Below, in pieces: positions 1 through 11,689 of a stretch of DNA of 64,000 nt (the first letter of the stretch is position 1; each line of letters opens with the position of its first letter). The translations under genes were made by a program, and so were the position numbers. Origin of the DNA: Heteronotia binoei (Eukaryota); the NCBI RefSeq assembly GCF_032191835.1, contig NC_083234.1, forward strand, positions 1,922,001-1,986,000. The letters run 5' to 3'. Under the pieces are notes generated by a model, which saw only the letters and a program-made list of their open reading frames with translations, did no database searches and was not told the DNA's origin.

Positions 1-1040
1 CGTGAGGTAGATGAAGATATTGGATTTATATCCTGCCCTCCACTCCGAAGAGTCTCAGAGCAGCTCACAATCCCCTTTCCCTTCCTCCCCCACAACAGAC
101 ACCCCGTGAGGTAGATGAAGATATTGGATTTATATCCCACCCTCCACTCCGAGGAGTCTCAGAGCGGCTCACAATCTCCTTTCCCTTCCTCCCCCACAGC
201 AGACACCCTGTGAGGTAGATGAAGATATTGGATTTATATCCCGCCCTCCACTCCAAAGAGTCTCAGAGCGGCTCACAATCTCCTTTCCCTTCCTCCCCCA
301 CAACAGACACCCTGTGAGGTAGATGAAGAGATTGGATTTATATCCCGCCCTCCACTCCGAAGAGTCTCAGAGCGGCTCACAATCTCCTTTCCCTTCCTCC
401 CCCACAACAGACACCCTGTGAGGTAGATGAAGATATTGGATTTATATCCCGCCCTCCACTCCGAAGTGTCTCAGAGCGGCTCACAATCCCCTTTCCCTTC
501 CTTCCCCACAACAGACACCCTGTGAGGTAGATGAAGATATTGGATTTATATCCCGCCCTCCACTCTGAAGAGTCTCAGAGCGGCTCACAATCTCCTTTCC
601 CTTCCTCCCCCACAACAGACACCCCGTGAGGTAGATGAAGATATTGGATTTATATCCTGCCCTCCACTCCGAAGAGTCTCAGAGCAGCTCACAATCCCCT
701 TTCCCTTCCTCCCCCACAACAGACACCCCGTGAGGTAGATGAAGATATTGGATTTATATCCCACCCTCCACTCCGAGGAGTCTCAGAGCGGCTCACAATC
801 TCCTTTCCCTTCCTCCCCCACAGCAGACACCCTGTGAGGTAGATGAAGATATTGGATTTATATCCCGCCCTCCACTCCAAAGAGTCTCAGAGCGGCTCAC
901 AATCTCCTTTCCCTTCCTCCCCCACAACAGACACCCTGTGAGGTAGATGAAGAGATTGGATTTATATCCCGCCCTCCACTCCAAAGAGTCTCAGAGCGGC
1001 TCACAATCTCCTTTACCTTCCTCCCCACAACAGACACCCT
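1..1040 (-). repeat. Tandem satellite of 104-bp units derived from the 3' part of a tRNA-derived (Squam3-like) SINE; continues past the left edge of the window; lies in a KMT2A intron
   Basis: GTGAGGTAGATGAAG recurs at 2, 106, 210, 314, 418, 522, 626, 730, 834 and 938 (10 units). The unit matches the 3' ~104 bp of the full SINE copy at 22056-22330. Confidence 0.95.
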
Positions 1041-1212
1041 GTGAGGTGGGTGGGGCTGGAGAGGGCTCTCACAGCAGCTGCCCTTTCAAAAACAACCTCT
1101 GCCAGAGCTCTGGCTGACCCAAGGCCATGCTAGCAGGTGCAAGTGGAGGAGTGGGGAATCAAACCTGGTTCTCCCAGATAAGAGTCCGCACACTTAACCA
1201 CTACACCAAACT
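938..1212 (-). mobile_element. Squam3-like tRNA-derived SINE, parent of the adjacent satellite
   Basis: The minus strand begins AGTTTGGTGTAGTGGTTAAG (A-box) ... GGTTTGATTCCCC (B-box). The body is near-identical to the copies at 16318, 22056 and 32897. Family name is from recall. Confidence 0.85.
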
Positions 1213-1409
1213 ACACCACTGAGGAATGCGGCCGCCTGTCGTCGCACCAAAACCAGAACACCCCGCTCCCTCCCCCATGAGCTTCCTGACTGAGTCAGGA
1301 TGTGAACTTCAGCTCCGCCCAAGTCAGATCTCGGCCCAGGATGATGCAGGTTGAGCTCTTTAGCCCAGCTGAGGACTGAAGGCAGAGGGGGGGCCTGTTT
1401 GTCTTCCAG

Positions 1410-4276
1410 ATGCCAAAGCGGCTGAGGAGGAGGAGGAAGAGGAGGAGGAGGAAGGCACCTTCAGCTCTCCCCTCCTCTTCTGGCTGCAGCAGGAGCGGAA
1501 GCGGAAGGAGAGCCTTCTGGAGAGGAGGCCCAAGAAAGGGCTGGTTTTTGAGATCTCAAGTGACGACGGCTTCCAGATCTGCTCCGAAAGTATTGAAGGT
1601 GGGCAGGGATGGGGGGAGCAGGGAGGTGCCAGCAGCTTCTGGCACTCCGTTGAGGCAGGGTGTAGGTGTGCCAGCCATACGGCTGTGAGACAAGAAGATG
1701 GAAGCCGCTGCGTGGCACCTCGTTCCTTGTTTTTCTTCCCTTAAATCTCAGATGCCTGGAAGTCTTTGACAGACAGAGTGCAGGAGGCCCGCTCCAACGC
1801 TCGCCTGAAGCAGCTGTCTTTCACAGGTAGCAGCAGCATTAGTGGTTCATTTCCCCCAGTCCCCTTTTCTGCCTTGTTTTGTCTTGTCTTGTCCTGGAGC
1901 TTGTGGAGTTCCCAGGAGGGCTTGGGCAGCTCTTGGCACATTCTCAGGGCTCCGTTTGGCCTTCTGGCGCCACCTGGAGGCTGGGCCCAGCTCTCCGCTC
2001 TCCCCTTGAGCCTACAGCAGAGTTTGGGGCCTGGACCCAATCCCTTGCGGGGGGGGGGGGGCGGCTGAAGGGCAGATCTGCTCCGGCTCGGCCGTGCTGT
2101 GTTGGCACCAGGTGTGTTCCTTGCAGGGGTGAGCGGGCTCCGAATGCTGGGCATCCTCCACGATGCCGTTGTCTTCCTGATCGAGCAGCTCTCTGGAGCC
2201 AAGCACTGCCACAACTACAAGTTCCGGTTTCACAAGCCAGAGGAGGCCAAGGAGCCCCCCGTGAACCCACATGGCTGCGCCAGGGCAGAGGTGCACCGAA
2301 GGCAAGCAGGAGAGCCTTGTGGGCCTTGGGGCTTACCCATCCCAGGCGGGGGGAGGGAGAGCTAAAGGCCTTCAATAAGAAGTGGCTTCAGGTCTCGTCG
2401 TTTGGCCAGTAGGCTTTGGGGGACTGTGGGATGGCCCGCACTTAAAGGGGGTGGGGGGGTGGCTCCTGAGGGTGCCCTAATCCTGCTCTCTTCTGAACTC
2501 CAGGAAGTCTGCCTTCGACATGTTCAATTTCCTGGCTTCCAAGCACCGCCAGCCACCAGAATACAACCCCAATGAGGAGGAGGAGGAGGAGGTCCAGCTG
2601 AAGTCTGCCCGGTAGGTACCGAGTGGGTGTGAAGACTGGCAGACTTCCTTTCGGTCTTGCTGGCAGGCGTCCAGCCGACCTCTAGGCCAGCTCCTGCACA
2701 GTCTGCCCTGCAGAACGATTTGCAGAGCACTCAGATGGGAGGAGAACAGAGGCTGATGGGGCTCCATCAGTCACGAGTGGGGAGGCATGACGGGGGGGGG
2801 GGGGGCGGGGGTCCTTTACACTGCCCTGGTGATGAAGATGCCTCCTCTTGTTCCCCAGGAGGGCCACCAGCATGGACCTCCCGATGCCCATGCGCTTCCG
2901 GCACTTGAAGAAGACCTCCAAGGAGGCAGTTGGCGTCTACAGGTAGGTGGGAGACCACCTGGGCAGGCGAAGCTTGGGCTGCAGCTCCGCAGTCTGGCGA
3001 TAATGGCGGAAGGCCCCCCCTGGGGAAGCACTGCAGTCAGCTGCTGGGGAGAGCCATGGCCAGTTTTTGAGAGCCTGCTTGGGGTGGGGGCAGCGGGGGT
3101 AGAACTCCTCCAGGCTTTGTGCCAAGAAGGGTTGCGCTGCTTGATGCTGCCAGGTGCCCCATGCGCTCTCCCTCTCCCCCCTCTCTCTCTCCCCCTCCCT
3201 CTCTCCCCCTCCCTCTCTTCCCCTCTCCCCCTCCCTCCCCCATCTCTCCCTTTCTCTCNNNNNNNNNNNNNNNNNNNNNNNNNNNNNNNNNNNNNNNNNN
3301 NNNNNNNNNNNNNNNNNNNNNNNNNNNNNNNNNNNNNNNNNNNNNNNNNNNNNNNNNNNNNNNNNNNNNNNNNNNNNNNNNNNNNNNNNNNNNNNNNNNN
3401 NNNNNNNNNNNNCTCTCCCCCCCTCTCCCATCTCTCTCCCTCTCCCCCTCCCTCCCTCCCTCTCTCTAGGTCCCCCATCCATGGCCGAGGCTTGTTCTGC
3501 AAAAGAAACATTGATGCCGGAGAGATGGTCATTGAGTATGCAGGCAACGTGATCCGCTCCATCCTGACAGACAAGCGGGAGAAGTACTATGACGGCAAGG
3601 TGAGCTCCGGAAGAGGAGCCTTGGACAGGGAGTGGGAAGCTGGGGGGGGGGGTCATCATGGGATCTGCAGGCCAAGCAGCTGCTCCACCCGCTGGCATCT
3701 TGACCACTGCCTTGTCTGCCCAGATGGACTCCTGAGCTGGGCCTGGCAAAGGTACCCGAGGAGGGGAAGGGGGGTACTTCTAGGCGCCAAGCAGGGAGGT
3801 TGTAGGTTGTTTGGTGGCCTCAGATCCCAGGCGACAGGTGCAACGTGTGTGCTTCCCGGGGCTCCTGACGCATTTTGCCTGCAGTGCCTGGGGGGCGGGG
3901 GGGGAGTCCTTGGTGGAGGAGCTTCCCAAGGATCACAGCAAGCGGCTTCTGCCTGGCCCAACAGCAGTGTAAGCAGCCCTCTCTTCTCCCTCCGGCCCAG
4001 GGCATCGGCTGCTACATGTTCCGCATTGACGACTCTGAGGTGGTGGATGCCACCATGCATGGCAACGCTGCCCGCTTCATCAACCACTCCTGTGAGCCCA
4101 ACTGCTACTCCCGGGTCATCAACATTGATGGGCAGAAGCACATTGTCATCTTTGCCGTGCGCAAGATCTCCCGTGGCGAGGAGCTCACCTATGACTACAA
4201 GTTCCCCATCGAGGACGCCAGCAACAAGCTGCCCTGCAACTGTGGTGCCAAGAAATGCCGCCGGTTCCTCAACTGA
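1410..4276 (+). CDS. KMT2A: Histone-lysine N-methyltransferase 2A (MLL1), last seven coding exons (FYRC, Win motif, SET, post-SET); 5'-partial
   Basis: join(1410-1598,1752-1826,2127-2301,2504-2611,2859-2942,3470-3599,4001-4276). The product includes [50 protein letters not shown] and [13 protein letters not shown], and ends [11 protein letters not shown]. Synteny with TTC36/TMEM25 indicates KMT2A rather than KMT2B. Confidence 0.97.
3165..3468. repeat. CT-rich homopyrimidine low-complexity tract in a KMT2A intron
   Basis: Almost pure C/T (CTCTCCCC-type repeats) on both sides of the N run, ending at the acceptor TCTCTAG at 3469. Confidence 0.9.
3259..3412. other. Assembly gap (154 N)
   Basis: Run of n characters. 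Confidence 1.
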
Positions 4277-6845
4277 GCCGGCCTGGCTGGGGGCTCGCTT
4301 GGCCTGCACCCGTGGAGCAGGGCACCCCTCCTTCCACTCCGGAGAGGCTGGACTGGGTCCTTGGAGCACGAACTGGCCCTGCTTGTGACAGACGCGGAGT
4401 TCTGGGCCAGCAGTGCTGCTGTGGGGAGGGGGGGGAGGACTGTGACCTGGCTGTGTTGGAGGGGGGGGGGTGGTCTGTTTTGGCTTCGGCAGGCACATTT
4501 GTGGCGCTGCCCAGAACCGGCATCTGAGTTTGAGCAAAGGGGGAGGCAGTGCTGCTGTCCTGTCTTGCTACAGGGAGCAGCAGGGGGGTTCTCAGCCTTC
4601 CCCTCCCCTCTAGATGTCGCACCTGCAAAGAGGGAGAGTTCTGGGTCCTCCTTGAGCAAGCCCCAAGGGGGAGGTCCAAGGCAGGGGTTCTGCTCAGGCA
4701 GCCGGAGCGAACTTCCAGCTGCAGCCGTCAGCGGTCCAGGGGCTCTCCACACTGGTTCTGGGCAGGCCTTCCCGTGGGCAGGAAGGCAGGTGGTGACCTT
4801 GGAGCCCCCGTAGAGCACATCTGAGCAGCCCCCCCCCCCGGTGACCACCTCTTGAATTGCATCATTGGATTTACTGGGTTCTGTTTACAGGTTTAGTATT
4901 TAAGGTTTTGTAAATGTAAATAATTTTGTATATTTTTCTACGAGAAGCACTTCATTGGGAAGAGCACTTATGAGACTATTTTTTCAACTGTGGTGTCATC
5001 CTAATTTAAGCGAAATCTGACTTTGGCTGGGGGGGAGGGCCTTCAGGACGCAGCTGGCCAGGGGCTTCATGGGAGCCTTTCTGCGGTGGGGGGAGGAGAG
5101 TTTCCCAGTGGTTCCTTCTTCCCTAGAACCTTTGGCTGGACCTCGAAGGATTCTGTCTAATGGAACATTGGCAGGGGGGGGGGGAGATTAAATGGTGGGG
5201 ACTGGAAGCTGTGAGCTCCTGCCTGCCTGGGCTGGGCTGGGGTACCCTCCGCCCTCTGGGAGCCCAGCAGCTCCTCTCTCCCTCCCCCCAGGGCAAACTC
5301 AGCTGTGGGGCTTCCTCTGCTGCAGCCAGGCCCCAGCAGGGTGGGAGGGCCTCTGGCCCTAGTTTCCTGTCAGGCCAATAAGCACACTCCCTGCCCTCTG
5401 CCCCTCGTGGATCCCTCCAGCCATTTGCCTGGAGGTGGCTGCTCAGCAGCGCCACTGAACACCCCCTCCCCCCCCCCGCCAGTGTTGCTTCACACTGGCT
5501 GCTTCCCCATTGGATACCGGCAGCCAGCGCAGGACCCTCTGTCCTTCCTCTGGGTGGCACATGTGGGAGTGCCTGGGCAGGAAGGCATGGGAGGAAGGCT
5601 GCCCCCCCCCTTCCCGTTGCCTTGAGGACGCTCTGACCGAGATGCCCAGGGACCTGGGAGAAGGAAGAGCCAGCTCTCACTGGCCCTTGCTGCTGCTGCT
5701 AATTCTGTCCGGGCTGCCATGAGCGGCAGCCGCCGTGGCCAGTCAAACTGTCTGTTAGCCGAGGAAGCTGTGTACGGGGCAGGCTTTGCTGCTCTGTGCA
5801 GGGGGTGGGGCAGAAGGGGGCCTCTCCGCACAGCCTCCCGGCAATATGAATGTATATTTGTAAGGACTGACGGAGATCATGATACCTGAGAATACGAAGA
5901 CTCAAACCTTTAAGGTGTTTATTTTTTTAAAGGAAAAGCGGGTCATAGCAAAGGGCTGAGTCTAATCTTCGCTTCCCTTCCTCCGTTGCAAAGCAATACT
6001 GGGCTCTTCAGACAGACAGACGTCCTTTGTGCAGAATCATGTCATTTGCCCCTAGACTGCTGGTCCATCCCCCACCCAAATACCTGCAAGGTTTTATAAC
6101 TATAAATGTGGTATATATAGGAACTACTATTTTAATGCTCCGTGTCTTGAAGCCTGGCTTTGAATTCTCTTTAACACTCTAGATCAAGGTTGTGTTGCAA
6201 TTGCTCCAGAGGCAGGAAGCCCAGCCAGCCCAGGGGTCTCTCTCCTGGCTCCACCTTCTTCCTGGGCGGCCAGGCCTTCTCCTAGCTTTTCCGTGTGAGC
6301 AGTCGATACTTGTACAACTTGTTTCTCTCTTCCTCCTTGGACTCCTCCTTCCTTGTTGGGGTGCCGCAGCTGCCGTGTCACGCGCTTTCCTGGTCTCTGC
6401 ACCAGATCCTGCTGCCGCTTCCAGGCCTCTCCGCCAAGAGCTGTCCGTGTGGTGTGTTCCTTGGATTCCGTGTCAGTAGTGAATAATCGTTTTGAGCCAC
6501 GCAGATGCTCCGCTGCAAACACAGGGTTATGTTCCAAACAAAATGCAACTTCTTATGTCAAACCAATCTTCAGTTTTGTTTCTTTTTTCTCCTTGTGTTC
6601 TTCCAAACTGTTTGGACTTGTTTTTCTTTCTTTCAAAAGAGGAACTGTGTCTCGAGTGCGTCAGTGTTAATTCCCTGCCCTCCCAGGGACGAAGGAAGTT
6701 CTTTCAATGGTTCAAGAAATGACTGAATGTAAAAATAAGTGTATATAGTTGTAAAAAAAAGGAGTTTTTAAACATGTTTATTTTCTATGCACTTTTTTAT
6801 TTAAGTGATAGTTTAATTAATAAACATGTCAAGTTTATTGCTTCA
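4277..6845 (+). other. KMT2A: KMT2A 3' UTR (~2.6 kb)
   Basis: Runs from the stop codon to an AT-rich terminal block containing AATAAA at 6819. Confidence 0.75.
6819..6824 (+). terminator. KMT2A polyadenylation signal
   Basis: AATAAA in GTTTAATTAATAAACATGTC, preceded by U-rich sequence. No other gene lies between it and TTC36. Confidence 0.75.
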
Positions 6846-7649
6846 GAGGATGACGGGATTTCCCTTATTGATGGGGGGGAGATGCCCTGCCCTTGAGCTT
6901 GGGGGTGCCTGGCGCCACGGAAGAGGGTTTCAGAGTGCCCCCCCTCGTGAGCCTCACGCTGAGCCAGCCAACCTCCCTCTCAAGATTGCCATAGTCGGGG
7001 GTCTCTTAGAAGAAGGCGGGATGGAAAGGAGGAAGGAAACTGCCCAAAGAGCCACCCACCACGAGGGGGGGGGGCATTTCCCTCACTTGGTTTCTGCTCT
7101 GGATGATGGGCCAAACTGAGGGGGGGCTCAAAATCCAGGCGGCCTCTCCCTCGCAACAGAGTGACTGTGCTGCAGAGCATGAGCCTGTGGCCCCAGGGGC
7201 TGAGCTGGCCAGGAGGCTGCCTTTGACTTGGCCCAGGAAGGGGGGAGGGCCCTGGGGCTGGCAGGTGGATGTGAACGGGCTCTTTCTCAAGTCCCGGCAG
7301 TTCAGCTATCAACACCAGACCATTTAGCAAATAGGCTTCCATAGGCCAAGAGGGTTCTTGCGAAAACTATGGTGGGCTCTTGCCCTACACTTATAGCTAT
7401 CTTAGCCATTATGCATTTGAATGCAATGGTGCCAAGCTCTCTCCCGCCAGAGATGGGTTCTCATACCCCCTTCTGCAGGAGGCAGGCCCCTGACCATGGC
7501 TGGCAATAGGCTTCATTGGGTGACTGCAGAAAGCAGCAGAGGCAACTGCAGGTCACAGACTAGAACTGCATCCATGGCAGGAGGTTCTCTTGGGCAGGGG
7601 CTGCGTCTCCTTGGAGAGCGGCGTTCTGCTGCAGACTCCCCCAGAGGCC

Positions 7650-7815
7650 CTGTCCATAAGAACAGAAGAGAAGCCATGTGGGAACAGGCCAGTGGCCCCT
7701 CCAGTCCAACGCTCCGTGTCACACAGTGGCCAAAAAACCCAAGTGCCATCAGGAGGTCCACCAGTGGGGCCAGAAGCCCTCCCACTGTGCCCCCCCCGCA
7801 AGCACCAAGAATACA
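7650..7815 (-). mobile_element. CR1 LINE 3' UTR fragment
   Basis: Reverse complement of the CR1 tail seen at 36340-36398 and 46560-46810 (ATAAGAAC...GAGAAGCCATG...CAGTCCAAC). Confidence 0.7.
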
Positions 7816-7924
7816 GAGCATCCCTAAGGGCAAGGAGCAGGTGCGCCTCCAAGGGGAGGGCATGCCAGAGGCAAGGGGGCACCACTGAAAATGCTGTCTA
7901 GTCACCAACCTGGCCTCCCAGGTG

Positions 7925-8105
7925 GTTTGTTGTTCAGTCGCACCGTCGAATCCAACCCTCTGAGACCCCACATAAAATGAAAGTGAAGAAGTGTGCAAGC
8001 CCATGAAAGCTGCTACCCAGAATTATGCTTTGTTGGGACTTAAAGGGGCCCCTGGACTCTGACTTTTCTCTCTTGCTTCAGACCAACACAGCGACCTACC
8101 TGAAT
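7925..8105. mobile_element. Degenerate retroelement fragments (BovB/RTE-like end followed by a Penelope-like segment)
   Basis: GTTGTTCAGTCGC...CGACT-like motif, then GAAGAAGTGTGCA...CTTCAGACCAACAC. Assigned from recalled consensus sequences only. Confidence 0.4.
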
Positions 8106-9639
8106 CTATCTTCACGGACGTTTGTCACAAGTTGCATTTGACTGCCCAAATGCAGGAGAGGCCAAACAAATTTGTGCAGATCATGCAAGACAGAAGCACG
8201 GGGGAAATCACAGCAACTGTCATTCTATAAAAATCCTTTAAACATCCACTTTAACCAAGAAATTGGGAAGCAGATCTTGAGTAGCAGGCTGGACAGTCCA
8301 GGACGAAGCACCCCTTTCAAGCTGAGTAGTGCCCTTAAAGGGACGAACCAGCATGTGGAATTCTGCATGGCCGCCCCCACAGAGCTAGCATGATGGTGTT
8401 TTCATGCCCAACCCCTCCCCTTCGCCTGCCTTTTTTCCCTGCCACTGCACGGATAGGTTAGAAACAGAGAATCAAGGGACCTCCAGGGTCATCTAGTCCA
8501 ACCACAGAGGAGTTGCCCTTGTTGAACTTGCCCTCCAGGAATGGAGGAATCCCCCTTTAATGCCATCTATGCTTGTGGCCATCACTGTATCCTCTGACAG
8601 TGAACTCCACAACTGAATTATCTACCCACATTGTTAGGTTGCCCTGACTGCTACGAGGATGGAGAAAGGAAATTCTGCCCTCACTTTCTCTACCCCAGGC
8701 AAAATTTGGCAAAACCGCTGTCATGTCTCCCCTCCTCAGTCTTCTTTTTTAAATGAAAAGTTCTGAATTCTTTTCTTAAAGAGCCAGTGCAGTGTGGTGG
8801 TTGAACCACAGAATTATAGAGTTGGAAGCCCCTCCCCCTCAGAGCCGACCCCCCCTGCACAATGTCTCCCACACGCCTTCCCAGCGACCCTTCCTCCACA
8901 CCCAGAAGGTGGCAGAACCTCCAGGATCCCAGCCTGAAGGAAAGTGCTGCCTGACCCCAAAGTGGCAATCAACATTTCCCTGATGCCCCCCCCCCCGCCT
9001 GCCCTCCCTCTCATGGTCTGCCTAAATCCTCAGAATGTGACTACAGAACTAAGCGGGACCACAGGAAAATAGACTGCAAATCTGGAAACCAAATTATCTC
9101 ACCATGCCAACACTGAATGTGTTCAAATTCTTGTGTTTAAATTCTAACAAAATTACACTCAAATACAGAATATCACCATCCACCAAGGTTCACGTTACTT
9201 TTTCTAGTCTTTCTGTTGAGCACTCCATGTGTGTATGAACACATCCGAGCACAAGTCTGCACTCCAACTTTCCAAAAATGAATCCCAAATGATTCCCACT
9301 TTATTGCTCCATTTTGGTCCAGGGGATATTTTATTTTGTTGTGAATCCAAAAAGAAGTTGGCTGGTGCTCTGTCCCTTCAATTTGAATGCCTCTTCTCGG
9401 TCAACATGGAGTATCCAATTCAGTATGTTTTCTCACCTTGGCATTTATGCTAATCTCAAACCATTTACTTCCCAGAATGTCATAGCCAATGCTAACATTT
9501 AGCTCACATTAATCACGTTCAGTTTTGTTACGACTTTGGTCTCCATTTAGACCTCCCTATTTCATTACATTAGCATGGAATGAGCCTTGCTGTCACATGG
9601 CCCCCCAGGAAGGAGAGCCCACCACCTCCCCAGGAAGCC

Positions 9640-10420
9640 TGGGGAACCCCTCTCTCAGGAAGGTCTTCCTGGTGTTTAGTCAAAAACTTTTGACTTTTAT
9701 GTCAACCTTGCTGGTTCTGGTCTGACCTTCTGGGGCCACAGAAAACAACTCCACACCATCCTCTATAATAGGACAGCCCTTCAAGTACTTGAGGATGGTG
9801 ATCATACCACCTCTCAGAGACCTCCTCTCCAGGCTAAACATGCCCAGCTCCTTCAACCTTTCTTCATAGGACTTGGTCTCCAGACCCCTCACCATCTTCG
9901 TAGCCCTCCTCTGGACCCGTTCTAGCTTGCCTATATCCTTAAAATGTGGTGCCCAAAACTGAACACAATACTCCAGGTGAGGTCTTACCAGAGCAGAGTA
10001 AAGCGATACACTCTCACGTTGCATAATTTGGACATTACTGTTGATACAGGCCAAAGTCACATTTGCCTTCTTAGCTACCATGTCACACTGCTGACTCACA
10101 TTCAGTGTATGGTCCACTGTCCCCTAGTTCCTTTTCACACATTCTGCTGCCCTGACAAGTCTCCCCATGCCTATATGTGTTGGGTTTTTCTCCCTAAATG
10201 CAGAACTTTACATTTATCCTGGTTAAAATTCATTTTATTGGTTTTAGCCCAGTTTTCCAGCCTGGATCCCGTCTCTGTCTTCTACTGTACTTGCTACCAC
10301 TCCCAATTTAGTATCATCTGCAAACGTAATATGTATTCCCTCTATTCCTTCATCCCAATCACGTACAAAGATATTAAACAGAACGGGTCCCAAAAGAGAT
10401 CCCTGAGGCCCTCCACTTGT
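9640..10420 (-). mobile_element. CR1 LINE ORF2 C-terminal fragment (degenerate)
   Basis: ORF 9680-10117 (-) contains LYSALVRPHLEYCVQFWAPHFK..LERVQRRATKMVRGLETKSYEERLKELGMFSLE, typical of CR1 ORF2. Confidence 0.9.
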
Positions 10421-10795
10421 CACTCACTCCTCTCCAAGAGGATGAGGAATCATTCACAAGCACCAAACCACATTTTGCCAACTTGTCAAAAAGAATATGA
10501 TGTGGGCGCCATCTTATCAAAAGCCTGATTGGTTGGTTGGTTGGTTGACCATCAGACGAACCCACCTCCCCAGGTAGCTGAGCAGAGAAGAATGCCAGCT
10601 ACTTTGGGCCCCCACTTTGGAGAAAGGTGACCTGCAAGTGAAGGAAAGCCGGTGCTCCCTCCTCCCGCGACCTCTCAGGCTTCCCAGCAGAGGCCCGGCC
10701 TCTCTCCTCCCTCCCCCGGCCGCTATTGGCCGCCTGTGGGCCTCCCTGCGGCTGCCCCCGGCCCCGGGAGCAAAGGCCTTCAGTGCCCGCTCAGC

Positions 10796-11635
10796 ATGGG
10801 AAGCGCCGAGGAGGCCCGGGCCGTCCTGCAGAGCCTCTTCCACCCTCACCTCCCCCTCGGGGAAGGCCCCGATGAAGAGGAGGAGGAGGGGGAGGGGGAG
10901 GAAGAGCCGCTTCAAGGGGAAGGTGAGCCGCCGGCGGGCAGCACGCGGGGCTCCTCGGGACGGGGGCGAGCAGCAGGCGGGGGGCCGCCGCAGCAAGGCC
11001 CTGCTTCTGCCGAGGGGCGCGCTGGCCCTCGCTCGGGGTCCCCAGCTGCCGAGCCCGCCCGCTTCTCCCTTCTCGTGCCCGCAGGAGCCTTCGCGCCGGA
11101 CGTGCTGGAAGAAGCACGGGCGCTGGAGCTGCAGGGCATCGCCGCCGCTGAGGCGGGGGACCCCGAGGCGGCCCTCGAGAGCTTCAGCCGCGCCATTCAG
11201 CTGCTCCCGGCCCGAGCCTCCCCCTACAACAACCGCGCGCAGGCCCGGCGCCTCCAGGGGGACGTCGAGGGTGAGCACGGCGGCGCCAAGGCCGTCGGGG
11301 CGGGCGGGCGGGCGGGCCAGGCGGCCTCCAGAAGGCCCTGCAATCTCTCTCTCTCTCTCTCTGGCGCAGGCGCCCTGGCAGACCTGGCGGCCGCGCTGGA
11401 GCGGAGCGCGGGGACGGGGCGGGCGGGGCGGCAGGCCTTGGTGCAGCGGGGGCTCATCCGGCGGCTGCAGGGGGACGACGAGGCCGCCCGGCAGGACTTC
11501 GCGCAGGCCGCCCGCCTGGGGAGCCCCTTCGCCCGCCGCCAGCTGCTGCTCCTCAACCCCTACGCCGCCCTCTGCAACCACATGCTGGCCGCCGCCCTCC
11601 GCAAGCTGCGAGGCCCCCCCGACGCCGCGCCCTGA
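10796..11635 (+). CDS. TTC36: Tetratricopeptide repeat protein 36 (192 aa)
   Basis: join(10796-10922,11085-11270,11370-11635) = 579 nt. Motifs [30 protein letters not shown] and [21 protein letters not shown]; both introns GT-AG. Confidence 0.95.
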   Translation: MGSAEEARAVLQSLFHPHLPLGEGPDEEEEEGEGEEEPLQGEGEPPAGSTRGSSGRGRAAGGGPPQQGPASAEGRAGPRSGSPAAEPARFSLLVPAGAFAPDVLEEARALELQGIAAAEAGDPEAALESFSRAIQLLPARASPYNNRAQARRLQGDVEGEHGGAKAVGAGGRAGQAASRRPCNLSLSLSGAGALADLAAALERSAGTGRAGRQALVQRGLIRRLQGDDEAARQDFAQAARLGSPFARRQLLLLNPYAALCNHMLAAALRKLRGPPDAAP

Positions 11636-11689
11636 GCCCTGCTGAAGCACCGGCCGGGGGGAAGGGGGGGGGGCTGGAGACATGATAAG

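Noticed and set aside
65-984. Repeated 63-aa ORFs (MEWRAGYKSN...)
   Set aside because: Products of translating the satellite, not genes.
1-1040. CRISPR-like appearance of the regular repeats here and at 51724-52982
   Set aside because: The units are contiguous with no unique spacers, derive from a SINE, and there are no cas genes; the context is eukaryotic.
2787-4388. 533-aa ORF containing part of the SET domain
   Set aside because: It reads through introns and the N gap; the spliced KMT2A model explains the real coding part.
9040-9600. AT-rich intergenic stretch between KMT2A and TTC36 as a hidden gene or pseudogene
   Set aside because: The frames I translated by hand were stop-rich with no recognisable motif; probably old repeat or neutral DNA.
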